Source of the DNA: Geobacter metallireducens GS-15
GTDB lineage: Bacteria > Desulfobacterota > Desulfuromonadia > Geobacterales > Geobacteraceae
NCBI RefSeq assembly: GCF_000012925.1
Contig: NC_007517.1
Coordinates: forward strand, 2,670,001 to 2,702,000
DNA length: 32,000 nt
Direction of reading: 5' to 3'
This document shows, piece after piece, positions 20,418 to 28,070 of the stretch (position 1 is its first letter; the number at the start of each line of letters is the position of its first letter). The notes beneath the pieces were generated by a model. That model was not told the DNA's origin, ran no database searches, and saw only the letters and a list, made by a program, of their open reading frames with translations. The position numbers were made by a program, and so were the translations under genes.

Positions 20418-22110
20418 CCCTGGACCGACCCGGGATATCGCCGCGCCGCCAGAGAACAAACCGCTCGTCATTGCTTCCCGGCCTTCTCCCCTCCCATACC
20501 TTCACCCATCCGGCCGCGGGAGGGCTATCCTTCGGCTCGCTCCGCAACTGGTCAAGGTGTAACGTGCAGCCCACCGGCGCTCCAACTTCCACCCGTTTCG
20601 TGACGATGCCGGCCAGATATTCGAACATCGCCCGCTCCGATTCGCCGAGTCCCCTGCTGGAGATACAGGCATGGGGCGACATCGCCTGAACAAGCGACGC
20701 CGCCACGCCGCGATAGCTTTTCCCCGCGTCCTGCCACGGAAGCCACAGTGTCATGACAACTCCCCACACCATAACCATCCCCGCCCCCCATATGACGCTG
20801 AAACGGGGCCCAATACGCCTGCAGCGCCAGACTGCCACCCCCCATGCCACCGTATAGAGCAGCGCCGTTACCACCAGGAATGGCCTGACCACCGGATCGT
20901 GGGGATGCCGTCGCAGGATCGCGTCTGAGACCACGGCAGGAACCCCCGTAGTCATGGCAAGCCAGCCGCCCCAAAGAAGCAGAGCCGCTACCGTGGGGAT
21001 GACAACCGCTGCACTGTTCAGCCCCCTGGCGAAGCGCCCGTTCAGCAACTCCTCTCCTCGCACCGCCAGAAACCCAAGCGGCAGGAGCATCGGAAGGGCG
21101 TAGAGGCCTCGCGCGTCACGGGAGAGGCTCAGAACTGCCAGCATGACCACGAATGCCGTCAACGGAAGGAGGAGAGGAGAACCGCTCCGGCGCCACGACC
21201 GCTCCTTCACGACGGACGGAATGGCCAGAGGGAGAGCAGGCCAGGCGTACCACGGCAGGGTATAGAGATAGAAACCGGGCTTATTCTTGGGGCCAAGATC
21301 GTTGTGTCCCAGGAACCGCCCGAAATTCTGGACCCACAACCACTCGTCAAACAGATGGGGCGCCTTGAGATAGAGGGCGTAGGGCCAGACCACAAACCAC
21401 GGTGCCGCCGCAACCAGCGCGACCGCCAAGGTCACGGCGTACCGGCGGCTTCGCCACTCACTTGCAGCCAGTGGGAGGGCCATCGCAATCAGCCCGAGAA
21501 GCCCCGGTGCGAGGAGCCCCTTGGCCATGAACCCCATACCGGTGCCGGTGCCGAGGAGAAATCCGCCGGTCAGATGGCGGCGGCTACAGAGCGCCAATCC
21601 GTACAAAGCCACCGAAAAACCGGCGAAGAGAGCCGTGTCGGTAATGAGCTTGTGGGCTGTCGGTTGCAGACCGATGCATCCAAGGACAAGAAGCGCCGCG
21701 ATCCGTCCCTTCCCCTTGCCGAACAGCTCGCGGCCGGACAGGCCCGCAAAGAGGAGTGCAACAAGGGAATAGAAACCTGCGGCAAGACGCGCCGCATCGT
21801 GGAGCGGCATCAGCGGCGAGAAGAGCCGGGCGAAACCGGCAGCGGTAATGAAGAAGAGGGGTGGTTTCTCGAGAAACGGCTCCCCCGCCAGGGTCGGCAC
21901 AACCCAATCGCCCGTCCGGAGGATATGGTTAACCAGCCCAAAAGTGTAGGGTTCGTCGGCCTTCCAGGGGTCATGTCCCACGAGTCCCGGCACAACCCAG
22001 GCAACGCAGAGGATGACGACCCACCAGACGCCCGGCGTCCGGACTGCCTCCACCGTCGCTTCAGGGGTGCCTTTTTTCACTACCTCTTTCAGCGGAACTA
22101 TCGTCTTCAT
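20401..22110 (-). CDS. ArnT/PMT-like (GT39/GT83) membrane glycosyltransferase
   Basis: Multi-TM protein with the N-terminal loop motif GHDPWKADEPYTFGLVNHIL...GEPFLEKPPLFF, typical of ArnT-type enzymes. I prefer ATG 22110 (MKTIVPLKEV; GAAGG 6 nt upstream) over the TTG at 22122. Confidence 0.82.
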   Translation of the reverse strand: MKTIVPLKEVVKKGTPEATVEAVRTPGVWWVVILCVAWVVPGLVGHDPWKADEPYTFGLVNHILRTGDWVVPTLAGEPFLEKPPLFFITAAGFARLFSPLMPLHDAARLAAGFYSLVALLFAGLSGRELFGKGKGRIAALLVLGCIGLQPTAHKLITDTALFAGFSVALYGLALCSRRHLTGGFLLGTGTGMGFMAKGLLAPGLLGLIAMALPLAASEWRSRRYAVTLAVALVAAAPWFVVWPYALYLKAPHLFDEWLWVQNFGRFLGHNDLGPKNKPGFYLYTLPWYAWPALPLAIPSVVKERSWRRSGSPLLLPLTAFVVMLAVLSLSRDARGLYALPMLLPLGFLAVRGEELLNGRFARGLNSAAVVIPTVAALLLWGGWLAMTTGVPAVVSDAILRRHPHDPVVRPFLVVTALLYTVAWGVAVWRCRRIGPRFSVIWGAGMVMVWGVVMTLWLPWQDAGKSYRGVAASLVQAMSPHACISSRGLGESERAMFEYLAGIVTKRVEVGAPVGCTLHLDQLRSEPKDSPPAAGWVKVWEGRRPGSNDERFVLWRRGDIPGRSRVSAGP

Positions 22111-22118
22111 TGTCGCCT

Positions 22119-22907
22119 TCAAGCTTCACCGCCCCGTGCGCAAAGCGCCGCCCTGACAACTCCAATCGCACGTTCCACACATTTCGTACGGGAAAGGGTG
22201 TCAGCAATAAGTTCCACGTAGCCCCGTTCCCGTACCAGTTCCCGGGAGCGGGGGAAATTGAGATCGAACACCCAGGAGAGCTGAAGAAGCTTGAAGTCGC
22301 TCAGGGTCCGGAGCGTGGCAAGGTCTACCATCTCTCCTCGCAGGAGCGTGTCAAGCACCGCCGGGGTACACTCGGGGATATCGGGGAAGCCAAGGCTCAC
22401 CGCCGATGCCCGTTCTTCTGCCGGCTGGCCATAGAACTCGATGAAGACCCGCCAAATGTCGAGTTTGTCGGCATCGCGGATCAGTCGGAGGAAGAGCCGC
22501 TGCCGATCACCCAGCATCGCGGGAATCCGGAAGACGTTGTGGAGACCGACCGCGCCAATGATGAGACGCTGCTCCTCCTCGGGAAGCCCCGCCAGCACCT
22601 TTCCCTCAGCCAGAACCCGCCCCCCGAGTTCAGCGTGATTAACCGAAGAGCTATCTTTGAAGGTACGGAAGCGGCGGTATTGCTCGAACCGTCCGATGTC
22701 GTGGAACAGCGCTACCGCAACGGCGATGCGGCGGTCTTCCGGAGAAAGTGCCAGGGAATCGGCGAGAATCTCCATGACCGCGCAGACCTTTGCGGTGTGC
22801 TCCTCCTTGAGCCGGATGTTCCGGTTGTGCTCCTCGTTATCGTTGTGAAATGTGCGGCAGTAATCGGCAAACCAGCGGTGGAGTCCAGCAAGAGAGGAAG
22901 TATCCAT
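22119..22907 (-). CDS. HD-domain phosphohydrolase family protein
   Basis: 262 aa: ...HTAKVCAVME...AVALFHDIGRFEQ...GLHN...RDADKLDI. These are the H...HD...D metal-binding residues of the HD superfamily. It ends 8 nt before the glycosyltransferase ATG. Confidence 0.82.
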   Translation of the reverse strand: MDTSSLAGLHRWFADYCRTFHNDNEEHNRNIRLKEEHTAKVCAVMEILADSLALSPEDRRIAVAVALFHDIGRFEQYRRFRTFKDSSSVNHAELGGRVLAEGKVLAGLPEEEQRLIIGAVGLHNVFRIPAMLGDRQRLFLRLIRDADKLDIWRVFIEFYGQPAEERASAVSLGFPDIPECTPAVLDTLLRGEMVDLATLRTLSDFKLLQLSWVFDLNFPRSRELVRERGYVELIADTLSRTKCVERAIGVVRAALCARGGEA

Positions 22908-22989
22908 AGGTAGATCAACTAATCCTCCACATCTTTGGTTGCGATATCAACAAGACGATGGCTCGCGTCCATGCGATCGCCGGATACGG

Positions 22990-23009
22990 AAAAGGGGGCC
23001 TTCGCCCCC
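22990..23009 (-). terminator. Intrinsic terminator after the aldolase gene
   Basis: Minus strand reads GGGGGC-GAAG-GCCCCC followed by TTTT. It lies about 27 nt past the 23036 stop. Confidence 0.7.
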
Positions 23010-23035
23010 CCCTCCACCAACCTGTCAACAACTGC

Positions 23036-24319
23036 CTAATCTTCGAAGTTCCCTTCGGGGCCCTTGTCGCTCACAATCGTTTTGGCCCGCTCCACGATCT
23101 GCTCCTTGGTCCATCGGGACTTGTCCTCGATGAGGCTACCCTTCGACCCGACATCGTAAGTACCAGCCTTGAGGATCGCCTCGATGGCAAGGGGTGCGGT
23201 GTCTTTCCCGTTGAAGACCTCGGTCATCATCTTGTAGGCGAAATCCTCGACCCGCTTGGCCATCCGGTCGCGGATATCCTTCGGCTGGGCCAGGAGCTTG
23301 TTCTCGAAGGGGAGGTTCAGGTTCTTGTAATCACCCTTCTTCCACCCCTTCGAATCAGCGTAGGCCACGATCTCGGCCCAGAGTTCCTCGGTCATCCCCT
23401 CACCCTTTACCTTGATGAAGTTCCCGTCGGCGTCAAGCTGGGCATTGCCGTAGTCGTTCACTTCCAGGCCCCAGGAGATCATCTGCAGGGCGGTGGCCAC
23501 GTTTGCCTTGGTGGTGGCGGTCTGATTGGCGATCTCGCGGAGCCGCTCGGAGCTGTTGCCAGAGGTGCCGTGCTGGGCGCCGTTCACCTTGTAGGGCTCC
23601 AGAGCCTTGTGGATCCCTGCGGTGAGCTCCACCTGGATACCGGCGGCGGATGCCTCGAGGCCGTGGGTGGTGCCGTTGTTGAGGGCGATCCAGTCGGGAT
23701 GGATTCCATGGGCGTTAAGCCCCTGGATCAGGAACTTCGCCTCGTCCACCGTGGAAAGACCCTGGTTCCCCTTGATCTCCCCCACCTCGGTCTCGAGACC
23801 TGCCCACGCCGGGATGAAGGGATTGATGTCAAGGTTGGCCAGGAGGTTCTGGTCGTCGGGGAGATGGGAGGCATCAATGGCGATGGAGGTGATCCCCGCC
23901 TCGAACATGGTCGGAATCTCCACCTTGGCGGCGGCCAGATCCTTGTCGTTCTTGATGCCGTAGTGGTCGGCATGAATGGCGACCGGCACGGTGATGCCGA
24001 GTTCGTTGCAGAGGGCATCCACGATGCGGGCCATATTCCAGTAGTTGACCGCGCAGTATGCCTTCTGGCCACCTTCCGACTTGGCGATTTCGATGATGAT
24101 GGGGCAGTTGGCCCGCTGGGCCGCCATGAGGGCGCCGCGGATCACGAAGTAGTTGCGGCCGTTGGCGGCCATGGCTATGGCCTTTCCCTTGACGAGCATG
24201 GCCCGGTCCACCACCTTGCCGCTCACGATGAGTGCCTTGGAGTTGGGGAAAAGCTTCTGGATGTTGGGTGGGCGGCCCACCTGGAGGGCCTTCTCGAAAG
24301 CTGCGGAGTACGGTGCCAT
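23036..24319 (-). CDS. fba: Class II fructose-1,6-bisphosphate aldolase (long form)
   Basis: 427 aa: ...CPIIIEIAKSEGG..., PVAIHADHYG, SIAIDASHL, NGTTHG, GAQHGTSG. Confidence 0.9.
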   Translation of the reverse strand: MAPYSAAFEKALQVGRPPNIQKLFPNSKALIVSGKVVDRAMLVKGKAIAMAANGRNYFVIRGALMAAQRANCPIIIEIAKSEGGQKAYCAVNYWNMARIVDALCNELGITVPVAIHADHYGIKNDKDLAAAKVEIPTMFEAGITSIAIDASHLPDDQNLLANLDINPFIPAWAGLETEVGEIKGNQGLSTVDEAKFLIQGLNAHGIHPDWIALNNGTTHGLEASAAGIQVELTAGIHKALEPYKVNGAQHGTSGNSSERLREIANQTATTKANVATALQMISWGLEVNDYGNAQLDADGNFIKVKGEGMTEELWAEIVAYADSKGWKKGDYKNLNLPFENKLLAQPKDIRDRMAKRVEDFAYKMMTEVFNGKDTAPLAIEAILKAGTYDVGSKGSLIEDKSRWTKEQIVERAKTIVSDKGPEGNFED

Positions 24320-24371
24320 TCATATCCTCCTTCAGTTTTAGTGAAATTTTTTCGGCAGACAAAAACGGCAT

Positions 24372-24401
24372 TTTATAGCATGTTAACCGGGACTAAGGCA
24401 A
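24372..24401 (-). promoter_or_regulatory. Candidate sigma70 promoter for fba
   Basis: Minus strand reads TTGCCT (24401..24396), an 18-nt spacer, then TATAAA (24377..24372). Confidence 0.45.
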
Positions 24402-24562
24402 GGAATAATCAACGTTTCCCGCCTATTCCGCCTCTCTCCCTCCCCAAGGATGTGATCAGGTTTTTCCGGTTCGAAGACGGAGGCCGGCTCCTCTCCCGAC
24501 AGTAAAGAACCTTCATCCGGGGGCGTACCGCCCCATCTTCCGTACTACGGGCACTCCGCCCC

Positions 24563-24592
24563 TTGCCAAAGCTCCGCCTTCCCCCGTATAAT
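24563..24592 (+). promoter_or_regulatory. Candidate sigma70 promoter for selU
   Basis: TTGCCA (24563-24568), an 18-nt spacer, then TATAAT (24587-24592). AAGGAG and a GTG start follow about 15-25 nt downstream. Confidence 0.5.
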
Positions 24593-24616
24593 AACCCGCT
24601 TTACAAGGAGATTTCC

Positions 24617-25654
24617 GTGACCAGAACCATTTCATTCCATGAATCACTCCTCGACACCCATCTGGTGGTCGATGCTCGGACCCCCCTCGAATTCGAGGAG
24701 GATCACATCCCCGGCGCCATCAACGTGCCGCTTCTCACCGACGAAGAGCGGGTGGAAATTGGCACCCTCTACAAGCAGACCGGCCCCCTGGAGGCCAGAC
24801 GCCGCGGGCTGGAGCTGACCGCGCACCGCTTCCCGGCCATGGTGGAGAAAATCGCCGCGGCCGCCGCGGGACGTCCCATCCTCGTCTACTGCTGGCGCGG
24901 TGGGCTGAGGAGCAAGACCATTACCGCAATCCTCGACCTCACCGGCTTCGACGCCGTCCAACTCGTGGGAGGCTACAAGGCGTTCCGCGCCATGGTGACG
25001 GAGTATTTCGAGTCCTTCCACCCACCTGCCCCCCTTGTGGTTCTCCACGGCATGACAGGCGTCGGCAAGACCACCTTTCTCCTCCAACTGGCCGAGGCGG
25101 GCCACTCCGTTATCGACCTGGAAGGACTTGCCTGCCACCGGGGCTCGGCCTTCGGCTCCCTGGGGCTCTCCCAGAACCTCTCCCAGAAACGGTTTGAGAC
25201 GCTTCTCTGGGATGCCTTCCGGAAACTCCCGACCGACAGACCGATCCTCCTGGAGGGAGAAAGCAAGCGGATCGGCAGGATCAATCTGCCGGGCAACCTC
25301 TACGATGTCATGCGGGAGAGTGTGAAGGTCTGGTGCAATGCATCGGTAGAGACACGGGTGGAGCGCCTCATCGGGGAATATGGACTCCCCGAATATCGCC
25401 AGGGGATGTCTGAGGCACTGGAACGCATCCGCAAGAAACTGGGGGGAGAAAAGTTCGAAGAGATTTCGGGGTATCTGGAACGGTGGGAGTTGGATCCCTT
25501 CATGGAAGGGCTCATCCGGAACTACTATGACAAGCTCTACTACAAGACGCGGGAATGGACCGAGGACGCAATCGTGTCACTGGAAGACTTCACCGCCGGA
25601 CGCCGGGAACTGGAGGAGTTTCTCGATGCCCGGCAGTGGCGGTTAGTGAATTGA
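24617..25654 (+). CDS. selU: tRNA 2-selenouridine synthase
   Basis: Rhodanese domain with the active-site CWRGGLRS, plus a P-loop GMTGVGKT. The GTG start at 24617 sits 6 nt after AAGGAG. The upstream ATG (24563) lies inside the predicted promoter. Confidence 0.88.
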   Translation: MTRTISFHESLLDTHLVVDARTPLEFEEDHIPGAINVPLLTDEERVEIGTLYKQTGPLEARRRGLELTAHRFPAMVEKIAAAAAGRPILVYCWRGGLRSKTITAILDLTGFDAVQLVGGYKAFRAMVTEYFESFHPPAPLVVLHGMTGVGKTTFLLQLAEAGHSVIDLEGLACHRGSAFGSLGLSQNLSQKRFETLLWDAFRKLPTDRPILLEGESKRIGRINLPGNLYDVMRESVKVWCNASVETRVERLIGEYGLPEYRQGMSEALERIRKKLGGEKFEEISGYLERWELDPFMEGLIRNYYDKLYYKTREWTEDAIVSLEDFTAGRRELEEFLDARQWRLVN

Positions 25655-25690
25655 CAGAAGACAGCTACGGGGGTAAGGAACACGCGCGGT

Positions 25691-26542
25691 TCAGTGCAAA
25701 GATCTCCCCGCAAACGTGATAAAGGCCGAAAGGAGCCCCAGAGCCAGCGCTACGGCCGTCGCCAGGATGCACCCTCCGGCCAGGAACTTGTGGAAGAGAT
25801 TCTCAGCCCGCCGCTCCCGGTAACCAAGCAGGAACCCCAGGACGATCCCCCCCACAACGCCGCCGCCGTGCCCCCAGTTATTGATCCCTGGCACGATGAG
25901 GCCAAAGAAGAAAAGCCCCACCACCCAACCCCATACTTCCTTGAAGACCGCCTGCCCGTAGACCCCGCCCCGGCTCTTGCCGTAGTAAAGCAGGGAGCCA
26001 ATGAGGCCGCAGAGGGCCGCTGAAGCGCCGATGGTGTAACCGACCCCCGCCAGGTATGACAGCACGTAGCCGCAAACTCCTCCGAGGGTATAGATGGTGA
26101 GCATCCGCGAGGTACCGTACTCCTGGGCCACCAGCGGCAGAAGCTGGCGCAGGGCCATCATGTTGAAGAAGATGTGGAGCGGCCCCCCATGGAGGTAGTT
26201 GGCGGAAAGGAGCGACCAGAAACGGCCGTAGCGATCGATGGGGACAACGCCAGTGGCCCCTAGGGCCAAGAGGCTCCCCTGATCGGGCGAGAGCGCAGAG
26301 AAGAGTCCCCCGTGGCCGGGAGAGTGATTGCTGATCAGCAGCGACACGAGGTACATCACCATGTTAACCGTGATGATGATGGTGACGAGCTGGTCGGCGC
26401 TCCCCACGCTCCGGGTGAGGGGGTTGTTCTTCAGCCACGAACCGGGATGGGAGGTGCCGCACCAGGGGCAAGAAGGCTCGTCGCGACTGATGAGCCTGCC
26501 GCAGTTTGGGCAGAGGATCGAGCGGCGCTCGGGAGTTGTCAT
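25691..26542 (-). CDS. Rhomboid-family intramembrane serine protease with an N-terminal zinc ribbon
   Basis: CPNCG...CPWCG at the N-terminus. Rhomboid motifs: HIFFNMM, GASAALCG (catalytic Ser), WGHGGG (catalytic His). Confidence 0.86.
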   Translation of the reverse strand: MTTPERRSILCPNCGRLISRDEPSCPWCGTSHPGSWLKNNPLTRSVGSADQLVTIIITVNMVMYLVSLLISNHSPGHGGLFSALSPDQGSLLALGATGVVPIDRYGRFWSLLSANYLHGGPLHIFFNMMALRQLLPLVAQEYGTSRMLTIYTLGGVCGYVLSYLAGVGYTIGASAALCGLIGSLLYYGKSRGGVYGQAVFKEVWGWVVGLFFFGLIVPGINNWGHGGGVVGGIVLGFLLGYRERRAENLFHKFLAGGCILATAVALALGLLSAFITFAGRSLH

Positions 26543-26598
26543 GGTGACCTCATGGTAGAATGGCTATCGGCTCGTCGATATGTCTCAGACGTTTCTGC

Positions 26599-26627
26599 AT
26601 CCTACCGCGGAGAGCTTGCCGGTGCAA
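26599..26627 (-). promoter_or_regulatory. Candidate sigma70 promoter for the rhomboid gene
   Basis: Minus strand reads TTGCAC (26627..26622), a 17-nt spacer, then TAGGAT (26604..26599). Confidence 0.4.
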
Positions 26628-26712
26628 GAAACCTCACGATATCGTAGAAAATTCCATAGATTTTGACCCACTCAAAGGCCGCGTCTGTGGCCGATTTCCA
26701 AGGGGGACTACT

Positions 26713-26741
26713 TTGACATTCCCCCCAAGGATTACTATACT
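26713..26741 (+). promoter_or_regulatory. Near-consensus sigma70 promoter, now firing into the IS4 left end
   Basis: TTGACA (26713-26718), a 17-nt spacer, then TATACT (26736-26741). The -10 overlaps the left TSD copy, and the IS begins 5 nt after the -10. Confidence 0.6.
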
Positions 26742-26762
26742 GATTTACTACTGTCCGGTAAA
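26737..26762. repeat. Left junction of the IS4 element: TSD copy (26737-26745, ATACTGATT) plus IRL (26746-26762)
   Basis: IRL is TACTACTGTCCGGTAAA. Hand-aligned to the reverse complement of the right end. Confidence 0.85.
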
Positions 26763-28059
26763 CTTTGATTGTACAGCTGTAACTTGTTGAACTTTATTGC
26801 TCTTTGGCACAATTGTTCTTTTTTCGACATGAATTCGTTCTGGGTGTAGCCTTCCTCCCTTTACAGGAGGGGAGCAATGCACACCGGTCCGACCGTTTTC
26901 AAACAACTTCTGCAGTTTCTGCCCCGGTACGAATTCAATCTCTGCGTTCGCCGACACCGTGGCGAGTATCGGGAGAAGAAGTTCTCGACCTATGACCAGT
27001 TCCTCTGCCTGGCTTATGCCCAGATGGCTGGCCGTGAGAGCTTGCGGGATATCGAGACCTGCCTGAACTCCCACCAGGAGAAGCTGTACCACATCGGCTT
27101 TCGTGGTGATGTCTCCCGCACGACCCTTGCCGACGCGAACGAGCGCAGGGACTGGCGTATCTTCCAAGACTTCGGTCATGTACTGATCGGCATAGCTCAG
27201 CAGCTGTACCAGGCTGATGCCATCGCCGTTGAGCTTACGCAACCGCTCTACGCCTTTGACTCGACCACTATCGACCTGTGCCTTACGCTGTTCCCATGGG
27301 CCGAGTTCCGCAAAACCAAGGCGGCGGTCAAGATGCATACGCTCATTGATCTGCGTGGTCCCATTCCAACCTGGGTCACTATTACCACTGGCAAGGTCCA
27401 CGATGTCAGGATGCTGGACCATCTGCCGGTTGCAAAGGATGCCATTTACACGATGGACAGAGGGTATGTCGATTTTGCCCGGCTCCACTCCATCCACAAG
27501 CAGGGAGCATTCTTCGTAGTTCGGGCAAAGGACAACCTGAAATGCCAGCGGTTATATTCCCATCCGAAGGACAAGGAATCAGGTGTACGGGCAGACCAGA
27601 TTATCACCCTGGTGACGCAGAAGTCGAAAAAGGGGTATCCGGAGAAACTGCGCCGGGTCAGCTATGTTGACAAAGAACGGAACAAGCGACTCGTATTTCT
27701 CACGAACAACTTCGAGATTCCGGCAGCGACGGTGGCTGCGATTTACAAGCAGCGCTGGCAGGTGGAGCTGTTTTTCAAATGGATCAAACAGCACCTGCGG
27801 ATCAAGTCGTTCATCGGAACGTCAGTCAATGCCGTGAAGAGCCAGATATGGGTTGCCTTGTGCATCTATCTGCTGGTGGCGATCACGAAAAAGAAGTTGG
27901 GGGTTCCGTGTTCGCTCTACACTTTTCTACAGATTCTGGAGGTCAACTTGTTCGAGAAAAAGCCCATTTCATCGCTGGTTGCGGAGGCTCTCAAGCGAAA
28001 TGCTGATTATCCTGAGCGCAACCAACTGAACTTATTCAACTATTAACCGGACAGTAGTG
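26746..28059 (+). mobile_element. IS4-family insertion sequence, 1314 bp, apparently intact
   Basis: A single DDE transposase ORF with about 17-nt terminal inverted repeats (15/17 matches, core ACTACTGTCCGGT). It is flanked by a perfect 9-bp direct repeat, ATACTGATT. Confidence 0.88.
26877..28046 (+). CDS. IS4-family (DDE_Tnp_1 type) transposase
   Basis: 389 aa: MHTGPTVFKQLLQFLPRYEF...FSTYDQFLCLAYAQ (N-terminal domain typical of this subgroup), ...YAFDSTTIDL..., IYTMDRGYVDF..., ...YKQRWQVELFFKWIKQHL (the YREK-region signature of IS4). AGGAGG lies upstream of the ATG. Confidence 0.92.
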   Translation: MHTGPTVFKQLLQFLPRYEFNLCVRRHRGEYREKKFSTYDQFLCLAYAQMAGRESLRDIETCLNSHQEKLYHIGFRGDVSRTTLADANERRDWRIFQDFGHVLIGIAQQLYQADAIAVELTQPLYAFDSTTIDLCLTLFPWAEFRKTKAAVKMHTLIDLRGPIPTWVTITTGKVHDVRMLDHLPVAKDAIYTMDRGYVDFARLHSIHKQGAFFVVRAKDNLKCQRLYSHPKDKESGVRADQIITLVTQKSKKGYPEKLRRVSYVDKERNKRLVFLTNNFEIPAATVAAIYKQRWQVELFFKWIKQHLRIKSFIGTSVNAVKSQIWVALCIYLLVAITKKKLGVPCSLYTFLQILEVNLFEKKPISSLVAEALKRNADYPERNQLNLFNY

Positions 28060-28068
28060 ATACTGATT
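28043..28068. repeat. Right junction of the IS4 element: IRR (28043-28059) plus TSD copy (28060-28068, ATACTGATT)
   Basis: The reverse complement of IRR is CACTACTGTCCGGTTAA. The TSD is identical to 26737-26745. The transposase stop codon (28044-28046) lies inside the IRR. Confidence 0.85.
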
Positions 28069-28070
28069 AT

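Noticed and set aside
24466-24482. GGTTCGAA, a T-loop-like tRNA signature, in the fba-selU intergenic region
   Set aside because: The flanks give only a 4-bp stem with a 9-nt loop. No acceptor, D or anticodon arms can be drawn.
24563-24616. ATG 24563 as the selU start (MPKLRLPPYNNPLYKEIS...)
   Set aside because: This ATG coincides with the -35 of the best promoter match and has no SD. GTG 24617 follows AAGGAG and gives an N-terminus that aligns with SelU proteins as I remember them.
26636-26645. Perfect 10-bp palindrome ACGATATCGT just upstream of the rhomboid -35, as a possible operator
   Set aside because: It is a single short palindrome with no second copy in the window and no adjacent regulator gene. 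It cannot be distinguished from chance.
26805-26820. TGGCAC-N5-TTCT in the IS4 5' UTR as a sigma54 promoter
   Set aside because: The -12 element lacks the essential GC dinucleotide.
26748-27497. 249-aa minus-strand ORF inside the IS4 element
   Set aside because: It is antisense to the transposase, which has clear IS4 signatures. It has no SD and no recognisable family.
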